Sequence record: NC_016163.1
Reading direction: 5' to 3' (one strand)
Length of the DNA stretch: 64,000 nucleotides
Part shown: one piece after another, positions 47,375 through 56,777 of the stretch
Numbering within the stretch: position 1 is the first letter of the stretch
Layout of the letters: each line of letters opens with the position of its first letter
The notes under the pieces: generated by a model
Told to the model about the DNA's origin: nothing
Database searches by the model: none
What the model saw: only the letters and a program-made list of their open reading frames with translations
Translations under genes and position numbers: made by a program

Positions 47375-47616
47375 TAGCTCAATCAGATAGTAAGTTTACC
47401 GAAGTAAATAAGTCCTATAAATTACAGCTTCAAGAACTTTGTGGATTATTGGATTTATTTGGCGGTAAAGTTAGTTTAAAAGATCTTTGTGATCTCCCGA
47501 TACCTTTCTTGAATGATATAAAAGATGCTCAAATTGAGTATCTTAAAGATAAGGCTGAAGCTGAAAAAGCCCTTATCGAAGCAGAAAAAAGAAAGAGCCA
47601 AAAACCGAAAAAGTAA
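47374..47616 (+). CDS. gp51-like short chaperone domain lacking an ATG (frameshift or non-AUG start)
   Basis: -1 frame open 47323-47616: IAQSDSKF...LFGGKVSLKDLCDLPIPFLNDIKDAQIEYLKDKAEAEK... Confidence 0.6.
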   Translation: MAQSDSKFTEVNKSYKLQLQELCGLLDLFGGKVSLKDLCDLPIPFLNDIKDAQIEYLKDKAEAEKALIEAEKRKSQKPKK

Positions 47617-47680
47617 ATTATAGTCGCTAATATCTAATTAAAAGGTATTAGCGGCTTTTTATTTCCATAGGAATAAAGAA

Positions 47681-49405
47681 ATGACGGATAAAACCGAAAA
47701 TGAATTCAAGACAAACGTCCGTGACGGTCAATTCTTAAATTCTTTAGTACACAATACCTTTAAAGAAATTAGAGATATTGTGAGTAAATCATATGGCCCT
47801 TTAGGTGCTAACACAATCATTGCAGATGTAAATAAGCCTAAAGTTACTAAAGATGGCTTCACTATTTTAAATTCAATCCGCTTTAACAAAGTTGAAGAAA
47901 TGTATATCTTCAATCTAATTAGGGCTATCTCTACCAAACTAGTGGATAAAGTTGGTGATGGTTCAACATCAGCTATTATGGCAGGTTATAATCTTTATGA
48001 TGAATTAGCTGATTTTGCATGTACCAACGACCAATATCGTATTAATGATGTTAAAAATGGTCTAACCAAGATTCAGGACATGTTAATTGACATCATTCAA
48101 AAAGAATTTAAAGTGTCTTATGATGAATTGTCAGAAGAGAGAAAACTTGAAGTTCTTAAACATGTGGCTACAGTCTCAAATAATAATGATGCCGATATTG
48201 GCGAGCAAATTGCAGATATCATGTATTCTTTATATAATGATAGCTGTCAGGTAGAATTAAAAGTTAACCCTAAAGACAATGCACCATTAATTGATTTTGA
48301 TGTCAAAAATGGATATAGTGAGAAGTCCTATCGTTTAGCCTCTCCAATAATCCTTTCTAAAATCGAAAAAGTAACTATTGAAGAACCATTTATTATTCAG
48401 TGTGACGGTATTCATGAACGTGAATATGCTAACATTGCAGTAATGCGCAACCAGTTAACTACTGAATATGGTAGTAATAAAGTATTGATTGTAATTTGCC
48501 AGTATATTGATCAAGATGTGTATAAAGAATATGTAAAATTCTTGGTTAAATCTACTGGAGGGAGTAGTAATACTATTCCTAATCTAATCATCATTGAATC
48601 CGGTATGCTATCATCTGCTGCAGATGTAGAGAAATTTAATGATCTTTCGGTATATTTGAATACATCTACTACTAAGGCTAACATGGCACTGTCTTACGTA
48701 GAAGATGATGAAAAAGACGATCCAATTCCAGAGAGTTCAAGCTATGTCGGTATGAGTAGAGAAGTGATCCTGATGAAAGATGCAGGTATTACTTTTGTAG
48801 GTGGATTTGGTGAGACTCAGAACAGAGAACGTTTTGATTCTCATATCAAAGAATTAGAAGAAAAGCTGGAAGAACTAAATTCTATTGAAACTGCTTCTCC
48901 AGAACGTGGTCGTATTAAGAACCGCCTAATGCGCCTAAATGGTTCTCTTATCCGAGTATTTGTAGGTGGACGTACTTTTGATGAGAAAGAGAATAATAAG
49001 TATCTAGTAGAAGATTCAATTTATGCATGTAAATCCGTTATTCAGGAAGGTTTTACTATTGGTAGTAATACTACTCCATTATATGCAACATGGATTCTTT
49101 TATCTAAAAGCGGCGCAGAAACAGATTTTAGTAGCCTAGAGCTAGATCTCTTATTAGGTGTACATAACGCATATACTAATCTGGTCAAAAGTAATGGTAA
49201 ATTGCTTGAAAGTAATATTCTTAGATCAGAAAATGTTGTAAATGCCCCTAAAGATAATCTTTATGTATATAACTTAGTAACTGATAAAGTTGAGAATATC
49301 AAAGATACTAAGATTCTTGCCCCTGTCAATACAGATATTGAAATTCTCAAGACCTCTTTCTCAATCATTACATTACTTCTTACTAGCAACCAAATTATTA
49401 TTTAA
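47681..49405 (+). CDS. groEL: Phage GroEL-like chaperonin
   Basis: SYGPLG, TKDGFTIL, KVGDGSTSA, VFVGG...EDS..ACKS. Confidence 0.93.
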   Translation: MTDKTENEFKTNVRDGQFLNSLVHNTFKEIRDIVSKSYGPLGANTIIADVNKPKVTKDGFTILNSIRFNKVEEMYIFNLIRAISTKLVDKVGDGSTSAIMAGYNLYDELADFACTNDQYRINDVKNGLTKIQDMLIDIIQKEFKVSYDELSEERKLEVLKHVATVSNNNDADIGEQIADIMYSLYNDSCQVELKVNPKDNAPLIDFDVKNGYSEKSYRLASPIILSKIEKVTIEEPFIIQCDGIHEREYANIAVMRNQLTTEYGSNKVLIVICQYIDQDVYKEYVKFLVKSTGGSSNTIPNLIIIESGMLSSAADVEKFNDLSVYLNTSTTKANMALSYVEDDEKDDPIPESSSYVGMSREVILMKDAGITFVGGFGETQNRERFDSHIKELEEKLEELNSIETASPERGRIKNRLMRLNGSLIRVFVGGRTFDEKENNKYLVEDSIYACKSVIQEGFTIGSNTTPLYATWILLSKSGAETDFSSLELDLLLGVHNAYTNLVKSNGKLLESNILRSENVVNAPKDNLYVYNLVTDKVENIKDTKILAPVNTDIEILKTSFSIITLLLTSNQIII

Positions 49406-49414
49406 GGAATACAC

Positions 49415-50287
49415 ATGGCCACTTTAGATGCTATGGAAGATTCTGCTTTAGAAAAAGAATTTACAGTAGAGTCTTTTTTAAATAACCCTATGGGTGACAA
49501 AGGTAGTTCAGTAATGGGCAAAGCTGCCATGCTGAGTAAACTTCATAAAGATTATCAAACTTTGTTGGCTATGAAACGTCCATTCAAAGTAGGCTACTTT
49601 AATATTAAGAAAGATACATATATTAAAATTAAGGTACCATCCGAATCTTATGAAACTTTGTATTACGATGTAGTAATTAAGTTCAAAGGTACTAATGGGC
49701 ATTTACCTAGTTCTCTTAATCCATATAAAATAGAGTTCTTTAGTAATGCCCCATCATTTACTTTTACATATGCTCATGCCTTTGATGCATATGGTTGTCT
49801 TATCCCTGAACTTAAAAAGTTATTTGATAAGAAAGTTTTCCAAGATCTTCCAATTAACCGTAACCCGGATCTTATTACTTTCTATGAAAAAACTATTACT
49901 TTTGCATTATTCTATATTAAAGAAAAAGGTTATCTTAATACAAATAATGCAATAGCTAGAGATTCGGCAGTTACCACTACTCTTCAAAAATTAATAGCAG
50001 TAGTACCAACTGCTGATGAAAAACTAGCGGAACATAAGAAAGCTTCAGATGCTGCTGTAGCTACCCGTAAACAGGAACGTGCTAAGAAGAAAGCTGAGAA
50101 AATGAAAGAAGATAAAAAATCTAAAGAATCATCTGCGGACTTTAAGAATTATATCAATCGTGTTCCAGAAGCTCCTAAGAAACGTGCTGGACGTAAGCCT
50201 GGAAGTAAAAACAAAGTCAATAATACAGTAAATAATCAAGTTAAGAGTACTGTTAAGTCAAAAGTTGACAATAAAGTTAAATCTTGA
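49415..50287 (+). CDS. Hypothetical protein with Lys-rich C-terminal tail
   Basis: 290 aa; PKKRAGRKPGSK and VKSTVKSKVDNKVKS tail. Confidence 0.75.
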   Translation: MATLDAMEDSALEKEFTVESFLNNPMGDKGSSVMGKAAMLSKLHKDYQTLLAMKRPFKVGYFNIKKDTYIKIKVPSESYETLYYDVVIKFKGTNGHLPSSLNPYKIEFFSNAPSFTFTYAHAFDAYGCLIPELKKLFDKKVFQDLPINRNPDLITFYEKTITFALFYIKEKGYLNTNNAIARDSAVTTTLQKLIAVVPTADEKLAEHKKASDAAVATRKQERAKKKAEKMKEDKKSKESSADFKNYINRVPEAPKKRAGRKPGSKNKVNNTVNNQVKSTVKSKVDNKVKS

Positions 50288-50294
50288 TTGAAAA

Positions 50295-50311
50295 ATATAT
50301 TATTAACTTGA
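50295..50311 (+). promoter_or_regulatory. Putative early promoter
   Basis: ATATATTATTAACTTGA. Confidence 0.7.
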
Positions 50312-50369
50312 ATGACCCCTATAGTTACTTAAACTATAGGGGAACCTAACAATATGGTGAGAGAAAGCA

Positions 50370-51872
50370 ATGAGTAAAGACTCTTTATTCACTCTTAGTG
50401 GAAATGATATAGAGATCAATACATCTAGTACCTTATTTAAGAATGCGTTGAAGGTACTTGACAAGGATGATAAAGATACCCTCAAGAATATGGATACGAT
50501 CATCAATATGAGTAAACGTCGTATTTTTCATAAAGGTATCGAATTATTCTTAGACGATATGAATAAGATCGTAAATGCAGCTCCAGAGATTGTTGTAACT
50601 TTCTTAATGCTTAAAGCATATATCGATGAAGAATATTTTGATGATTATAAACCAACTGGTTACAATGACGAGTCTGGTAATATCATTTTAATCAATCATC
50701 TGGTAGATGAAATTGCTTTGAATGGAGAAGTATTAGATTTTACCCGTGATGTTATTCATAAATCATATAATATTACTATCGAAAGTAATGATAAGGATAA
50801 TCATCTTCAATTTACAGATGATTACGCTAAATCTATTCTTCAAGTGGCTATGCTACTTCGTTTAGTTATTCCCTTGATTGCACACTATATGTTTAAACAA
50901 AATGTAAAACGTGACGATAATCTCTTCTTAGAAGTGGTAGGTCGCCTGTTTAACTATTTTGATAAAGAAGATAAAAAGAATCCTATTGATTTAGGTATGA
51001 AGATCCAAAAATTCGTAGAAACCGCTGTTCTGCGTACTTCATATTCTGATCAGGTTATTTGGCGGTATCTAGCTAACAAGGCTGAAAATGAAAAAACGGT
51101 TGCAATTGAAATTCAGCGTAATCTTATTTGTTATATCATTCCTAAGCTTCAGCCTAATAAGTCTATTGTATCATTCTTCCATGTCGTTATTCGCAACCAA
51201 TTAGATTTTCAATTCACGTCTAAATTTAAAGTAGAATATAAACCAATTTCTACTCTGCGTATTGATAGCGAATCTTCAAGCAATCCATTCTCACGTCTTG
51301 AACAGAAGTTGGTCAAATCTAACTCTGAAATTCATAATCAGATGTATAAAGAAGATATTGCAGACTTCATCAGTAATAATGAAGATGAAATTGATGAAGT
51401 AGAGTTAGAATACTATATGGAAAATTTAGTATGTCATACTGGACAGCATAAATTACTAACTTTCTTTATACATCGTAATATCGGTCGTATTCCTGCATTC
51501 TCTATGAGTAAGATTCAGTATGTTAAAATGTGTCTTATTGCAAGAGATTGGTTTAATAGTAAGAAATTTCCTTTCTTAGCTTATATTCTTTTAGCTAAGC
51601 CTGTTCCTCGTAAAAAACAAAATAAGAATTTCAGAAAGGGTAAAACTCTTAATGAAATTGTTAGCAGTAAATTATTTGCTCAAATTCATGAGCAGTATAA
51701 ATTCATCAGCCCTAGTGTAGAAGATTCTGCAGCACTAAGATTCATTGGTGAAATTATGTGTACTGATTTTGAATCCTATATCTTATGGGATGGAACAGAA
51801 TACGTTCCAGAAGCCAATGTAGATTACAAATCTGCTGTTGTTGAATTAATGAAATTCTTAGCTTACATCTAA
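50370..51872 (+). CDS. nvRNAP promoter-specificity (sigma-like) subunit, AR9 gp226 / phiKZ gp68-like
   Basis: LQFTDD...LLRLVIP, TSYSDQVIWRYL and IPKLQPNKSIVSFFHVVIRNQL...YKPI match the recalled gp226 segments LQVTDN...MRILIP, TKYSDVVIWTYL and FPKLKHNSSVISYLDVVI...YKPL. Confidence 0.85.
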   Translation: MSKDSLFTLSGNDIEINTSSTLFKNALKVLDKDDKDTLKNMDTIINMSKRRIFHKGIELFLDDMNKIVNAAPEIVVTFLMLKAYIDEEYFDDYKPTGYNDESGNIILINHLVDEIALNGEVLDFTRDVIHKSYNITIESNDKDNHLQFTDDYAKSILQVAMLLRLVIPLIAHYMFKQNVKRDDNLFLEVVGRLFNYFDKEDKKNPIDLGMKIQKFVETAVLRTSYSDQVIWRYLANKAENEKTVAIEIQRNLICYIIPKLQPNKSIVSFFHVVIRNQLDFQFTSKFKVEYKPISTLRIDSESSSNPFSRLEQKLVKSNSEIHNQMYKEDIADFISNNEDEIDEVELEYYMENLVCHTGQHKLLTFFIHRNIGRIPAFSMSKIQYVKMCLIARDWFNSKKFPFLAYILLAKPVPRKKQNKNFRKGKTLNEIVSSKLFAQIHEQYKFISPSVEDSAALRFIGEIMCTDFESYILWDGTEYVPEANVDYKSAVVELMKFLAYI

Positions 51873-51882
51873 AGGTAGAAAA

Positions 51883-52455
51883 ATGGTTAGCCGATTAATG
51901 CAATATGGTTATGAAACAAGTAAAGTGTATTTCCTCCTGCCAAAAAATGCAAAGAATGAAAAATTGTATGATGATGTAAATGTAGAAATGTTTAAGGAAC
52001 CATTTTTAGTTCTCGAAAATATTAAAACTGATTTAGTTGATGCTAGAAATCGTAAATTACATGCTCCTAAGAAAATTCAATTTAACCGTAATGGTGTATT
52101 GGTTGATGTAGAGGTAAGTTGTCCTGAAGCTTATATTCATGGAGCACCTCTTGAAGTAGTTGGTAGCAAATGTTTAGGTAAACATAATCCTTCTAGTTTC
52201 AAGAAGGGTAGAACTTATAAGTCGTATTGGGATCACACTGAAGAATATCTCAGAACTATTGGTAGCTTTGACGCTAATCAAAAATGTTGTGCATTCCGTA
52301 ATTTTATCCAACATTATGGAAACTACTTTACAGTATTAAAAGTAGATAATATCGGCATTGTTGAAGCAATTGGTAGTCAAGGTCGAATTTATACTCGCCC
52401 TGATGCTTCAGCATTTGTTTATCATAGTTCTGCATGGTTCTTTACGGAAATCTAA
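51883..52455 (+). CDS. Hypothetical protein
   Basis: 190 aa, AAGG RBS. Confidence 0.7.
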   Translation: MVSRLMQYGYETSKVYFLLPKNAKNEKLYDDVNVEMFKEPFLVLENIKTDLVDARNRKLHAPKKIQFNRNGVLVDVEVSCPEAYIHGAPLEVVGSKCLGKHNPSSFKKGRTYKSYWDHTEEYLRTIGSFDANQKCCAFRNFIQHYGNYFTVLKVDNIGIVEAIGSQGRIYTRPDASAFVYHSSAWFFTEI

Positions 52456-53517
52456 ATGGATAATCTTATAGAAGAACTCTATAACGACTTCCAAAGTAAG
52501 AAAAAGGTGGCATATTTCAACACATCTAAGACAGAATTAGCTGTACGCTGTCCTTATTGTGGTGACTCTACTAATGACTTAACACATGCCCACTTTTATA
52601 TTCAAACTGTTGCACCATTTAAGTATTTTTGTCAACGTTGTAACGTTAAGGGTTATATCTCAAATAAGACTCTTAACGATTTTGACAGTGAAAATGCTGA
52701 ACTTGGAAGAGAGTTTGAAAGAACAGTACGCCACCATCTAAAAGATACAACTGTAGGTGGTGAATCTTTACTTTCTCAGTTAGGTAAGAAAAAATCTCTA
52801 GATTTGTATAAAGAAGATTCTAAAGCTTTTGCATTCAAAAAGAGATATATGGAAAATCGTTTAGGTGTTGAGTTAAGTACTGAAGATTTGATGGATATGC
52901 GGGTAATAATGAATTATACTCGCTTTATCAAGTCTAATAATTGCAAAAACTTGATGAATCATTACGATAATCCAAAATATTCCAATAGGCTCGATTTACT
53001 AAGTCATTTGAATAAATTTTCTGTAGGTTTTCTATCGTCAGATAGTAATTTTGTAACTTTCCGTCATGGAAAACCTTATACTAATGGGAAAGTAGAACGT
53101 CGTTATTTTACTGAAAATTTAAATATGCCAATTGAAATAGGTGAACGTACTTATTTCATTAAAAATGATATTGATATCTTAACGCCTGTTTTAGATGTCA
53201 TAATGACCGAAGGTATTATAGATCTTCAAAGCGTTTATCATAATTTGTATGATGGAATTCAAAGCCCGAATATGGCTTTCCTTGCTGTATGTGGTAAATC
53301 CTATAATTTACCATTATTTAATCTAAGGCGATTAGGCTTCTTAAAGATGAATCTGCATATTTATTCGGATTCAGATGTCCATCTCAATTATTATAAGAAA
53401 GTACTAGACCCTCGTTTCTTTGATAAGATTCTAGTATCATATAATGAAATGGAAGGAGAAAAGGATTTCGGTGTACCTATTAATAAGATCAAAAAACGTA
53501 CTAAAAAAATAAAATAG
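52456..53517 (+). CDS. DNA primase-like protein (Zn finger plus TOPRIM)
   Basis: RCPYCGDS...CQRC; TEGIIDLQS; YSDSD; KDFG. Confidence 0.75.
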   Translation: MDNLIEELYNDFQSKKKVAYFNTSKTELAVRCPYCGDSTNDLTHAHFYIQTVAPFKYFCQRCNVKGYISNKTLNDFDSENAELGREFERTVRHHLKDTTVGGESLLSQLGKKKSLDLYKEDSKAFAFKKRYMENRLGVELSTEDLMDMRVIMNYTRFIKSNNCKNLMNHYDNPKYSNRLDLLSHLNKFSVGFLSSDSNFVTFRHGKPYTNGKVERRYFTENLNMPIEIGERTYFIKNDIDILTPVLDVIMTEGIIDLQSVYHNLYDGIQSPNMAFLAVCGKSYNLPLFNLRRLGFLKMNLHIYSDSDVHLNYYKKVLDPRFFDKILVSYNEMEGEKDFGVPINKIKKRTKKIK

Positions 53518-53527
53518 TATAATAATG

Positions 53528-53544
53528 ATATATTATTTTATTGA
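53528..53544 (+). promoter_or_regulatory. Putative early promoter
   Basis: ATATATTATTTTATTGA. Confidence 0.7.
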
Positions 53545-53571
53545 AGTAAACTAAAATAAGAGGAAATAAAA

Positions 53572-54129
53572 ATGAGTCAGCTGTTGGAATTGGAAGTAAT
53601 CAAGAAAATGATGTTAGACTTTGCTGAGGACGAAAGTTTTGTAGCAGATAGTATTATTACTCTTGATTATCTTGAAAAACAAGTTTATCCGGTATTGGAA
53701 AAGAATGCATACCTCGTAGATAACTTGAAAGAATTCTTTGACTCTGAGAACCTATCGGAAGTCCTTACTTTCATTGGTCAAAAAGATAATCTTAAATTCT
53801 TCATTGAGCTTGTCACTTATATTCGTAAAACATGGACTGATGATAAGACTATGGACTATCATCATGCTATTCTCCGTGGTGAATTGAATACTTTTTATGC
53901 TCATGAAATTAATACAAATTCATATAATGTTCGTATTGACTATACGTTAAATGTTCTTAGAGAAGAATTTGGTGAAGAATCTACCTCTCCAGATTTGAGT
54001 TTAGAACAACTACTATCATTTATGCTTTTCCAAGTTGTAAACGATAGTAATGCGTTTATTAAGTTTGAAAATATCAAGGATGTACTGGTTACTCCAGAGC
54101 AATTTGTTGATGCATTGGAGGAATTCTAA
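53572..54129 (+). CDS. Acidic hypothetical protein
   Basis: 185 aa, about 36 D/E versus 15 K/R. Confidence 0.75.
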   Translation: MSQLLELEVIKKMMLDFAEDESFVADSIITLDYLEKQVYPVLEKNAYLVDNLKEFFDSENLSEVLTFIGQKDNLKFFIELVTYIRKTWTDDKTMDYHHAILRGELNTFYAHEINTNSYNVRIDYTLNVLREEFGEESTSPDLSLEQLLSFMLFQVVNDSNAFIKFENIKDVLVTPEQFVDALEEF

Positions 54130-54584
54130 TGGTTACTGGTATTGTTCCTACTTTTTCTAATGATGCAATTCATAATTCTAATACAATTACTTTGTCTCAT
54201 GATGAAACTAAATATGGGCTTAAGCTCCATGTAAAATACAATACTAAGTATTTTAAAGCTGGATTCATGTTGCCAAAAGGGAAGTATTCGATATCTGGTA
54301 ACATGAATATTTACTGTCTTTCTAAAGATCATCAATTTTCTCAGAATGACTCTTCCAGCTTTAATAAAGAAATTGAAGTCGTAGAAGATCTAGATGTGCA
54401 TAAGATTGAATCGTTTTGGCAAAACGTATTTAATACTCTTCCTTTACTTGATCAAAAAATCGGAGTAATGCAACATAGAGATAGTACTGGAGAATTAACT
54501 GTACATATCGATTTTGAACTTTTTAGTGATAATGACATGTATCTTACTACTCCTCTTCTAAGACTTCAGACCACTGCCAAATAA
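54129..54584 (+). CDS. Hypothetical protein
   Basis: 151 aa, TAATG coupling. Confidence 0.72.
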   Translation: MVTGIVPTFSNDAIHNSNTITLSHDETKYGLKLHVKYNTKYFKAGFMLPKGKYSISGNMNIYCLSKDHQFSQNDSSSFNKEIEVVEDLDVHKIESFWQNVFNTLPLLDQKIGVMQHRDSTGELTVHIDFELFSDNDMYLTTPLLRLQTTAK

Positions 54585-54595
54585 GGACACATTTA

Positions 54596-55819
54596 ATGGG
54601 TGTTTTAACGAAAAGCTTGCAGAAAGAATCAGCTAAGACTAACAAGCGTGATGATTATTCTGCTGCCGATCTCATGCACGTTCCGACTGGTTTTGATGCA
54701 ATCGACTATGAAGGTGGTACGATTGTAGAAGATATTGATGGTGATCCGATGCTTAATATCGGTTTACCTATGGGTAAAATTATTCTATGTTGTGGTAACT
54801 CTCAGGCTGGTAAAACTACTGGTGCTCTGCAGTTTGCTAATGGCATGGCTTCTCATTTAGATGGTGACGTTGTTATCTTTGACTTTGAACGTGGCATTCT
54901 TGATCCTCGTTCACGTATTCGTAACCTTTGCCGTTTATCTAATGACGAATATGATAACCGTTTTACCATTTATAAAAATGCTGGTATGTCAGTCGAGTTC
55001 TTTAAAAAGCAAATCTTCAAGATTGTAGAACTTAAAGAAAAACTGGCTAAAGCTGATATGGTTGACTGGTATATGCTTAACGGTGCTCCTGTTAAGATTT
55101 ACCCACCAACGTATGTACTTCTTGACTCAATTCCGTCTATGAAGCCGGAAGATGTTCTGAATGACTCTTCTCTCGACAATAACATGGTATTCAGTAAAAT
55201 GGCTGCCGCAAATAGCGCCATGCTTACTAGTATCGTTAACGTTCTTGAAAAATACAATATCACTTTGATTTGTATTAACCATATCACCACCAAAATCATT
55301 ATCAATGCTTATGGGCCTCGTAAAGTTCTTCTTCCAGGTATGGAACCTGAAGAAAACCTGCCAGGTGGTAACAAATTTGTTTACCTCCCTTCTTATGTAT
55401 TGAAATTTGCTTCTGGTAAAGCTTTAAATAAAGATAAAGACTTTAAAGTAAATGGTCGTGTTACCAACTGTACCTTCCTTAAGTCTCGTTCTAGCTTTAA
55501 CGGTGCTAAGCTACCTCTGGCAGTAACTGAAAAGCATGGCTTTAGTAATGTCATGACTAACATCCTTGCTATGAAAGAAGAAAAGATGTTAAAAGGTACT
55601 GGTCAGGGTGGATTCTGGTTTGAAGGTCATGAAGATATGAAATTCAAACAAAGTGAATTTATTAAAAAATATAATAAAGACACTGAGTTCCAGGAAATGT
55701 TCGATGAAGTATCATCTGAATTCTGGCAGGGTCGTCTTGAAGATCGCTTTGGCGATGAATACGATAGTGTTGAGAAGTCTAAAGGTAATGACTTCGATGA
55801 CGATGATGATGATGAATAA
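54596..55819 (+). CDS. recA: RecA/UvsX-like recombinase
   Basis: PTGFDAID, Walker A GNSQAGKT, DFERG, Walker B VLLDSI, INH, PGG. Confidence 0.88.
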   Translation: MGVLTKSLQKESAKTNKRDDYSAADLMHVPTGFDAIDYEGGTIVEDIDGDPMLNIGLPMGKIILCCGNSQAGKTTGALQFANGMASHLDGDVVIFDFERGILDPRSRIRNLCRLSNDEYDNRFTIYKNAGMSVEFFKKQIFKIVELKEKLAKADMVDWYMLNGAPVKIYPPTYVLLDSIPSMKPEDVLNDSSLDNNMVFSKMAAANSAMLTSIVNVLEKYNITLICINHITTKIIINAYGPRKVLLPGMEPEENLPGGNKFVYLPSYVLKFASGKALNKDKDFKVNGRVTNCTFLKSRSSFNGAKLPLAVTEKHGFSNVMTNILAMKEEKMLKGTGQGGFWFEGHEDMKFKQSEFIKKYNKDTEFQEMFDEVSSEFWQGRLEDRFGDEYDSVEKSKGNDFDDDDDDE

Positions 55820-55828
55820 TTAAATACT

Positions 55829-55856
55829 CCCCTATAAGGTTAATTCCTTATAGGGG
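55829..55856. terminator. Hairpin, CCYWTAT family
   Basis: CCCCTATAAGG...CCTTATAGGGG. Confidence 0.8.
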
Positions 55857-55890
55857 ATCTTTTTTTTACGTATTTGTTAGACTATCAAGT

Positions 55891-55907
55891 ATATATTATT
55901 TTAGTGA
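55891..55907 (+). promoter_or_regulatory. Putative early promoter
   Basis: ATATATTATTTTAGTGA. Confidence 0.7.
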
Positions 55908-55964
55908 AAAGATAGTTAAATCAATTATCTTTTATAATAATTTAAATATTGGAGTTAACAGAAT

Positions 55965-56288
55965 ATGACCGCATTAGTTGGAACTGAAGTTAAAGTACAT
56001 TTCAAATCATCAAATGGTGAAACTACTTCTTTTGATATTGAAATTACTGAAGAGGAAATTGGTAAAAGCTGGATTTGGACTAAGATTTCTTATACCAATG
56101 GTTTAACTGCTGTCAGTGCTACTGAAAAGCGTAAAGGTATGATCTGCTGGAATAAGAAAACTGGTAAACGACGTTGGCAAGCCGCTAATGAAGATTTATG
56201 GAATTACTACTGGATTAGTCCGTCTGATTTCAAGACTAATATGCCAGTAACACGCTTAGGTTTAGCGAAAATTTACGGGAATATGTAA
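55965..56288 (+). CDS. Hypothetical protein
   Basis: 107 aa, GGAG RBS. Confidence 0.78.
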   Translation: MTALVGTEVKVHFKSSNGETTSFDIEITEEEIGKSWIWTKISYTNGLTAVSATEKRKGMICWNKKTGKRRWQAANEDLWNYYWISPSDFKTNMPVTRLGLAKIYGNM

Positions 56289-56391
56289 CTTTTTATATGT
56301 TCCACTAATAATTATATACATACTGATCAAAAGCCACTACTCTCCGACATGAGAGTTTTTGATGAGAAAGCTCAGGGGCATTATTTCCCTA

Positions 56392-56423
56392 CCCGCCTAT
56401 AGATTTAGGCGGGATTTTTTTTT
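56392..56423 (+). terminator. Intrinsic terminator
   Basis: CCCGCCTA-TAGATT-TAGGCGGG plus T-run. Confidence 0.8.
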
Positions 56424-56447
56424 ATCGTATAATAGCAAATTTCATTA

Positions 56448-56464
56448 ATATATTATAATGATGA
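56448..56464 (+). promoter_or_regulatory. Putative early promoter
   Basis: ATATATTATAATGATGA. Confidence 0.68.
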
Positions 56465-56490
56465 TATCAATTATACTAACAAGGTACAAT

Positions 56491-56736
56491 ATGGAAATTC
56501 TTTCATTAGTAATCTTAAAGACTAATGGGTTTCAAATTCCTCCAGAAATTACTGTGGTAAGTAATTATGGAAGAGAGACTCTCGTTATTAATGATGAGCA
56601 TACTAACCGTGTATCTGGCACGTCAATGCTTGTTAAAGGTACAGCCGAAAATCTGAAAAAGATGATCGAAATTAATAAAGGTGTTTGGACTTCAAGTAAC
56701 CCAATGTTTGGTGGTTGGGATTTCCGAACTGTATAA
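56491..56736 (+). CDS. Hypothetical protein
   Basis: Start moved to ATG 56491 (AAGG RBS). Confidence 0.7.
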   Translation: MEILSLVILKTNGFQIPPEITVVSNYGRETLVINDEHTNRVSGTSMLVKGTAENLKKMIEINKGVWTSSNPMFGGWDFRTV

Positions 56737-56777
56737 CTCTTAAGTAAAAAAAAAATAATTTTAATAAAGGTACTATT

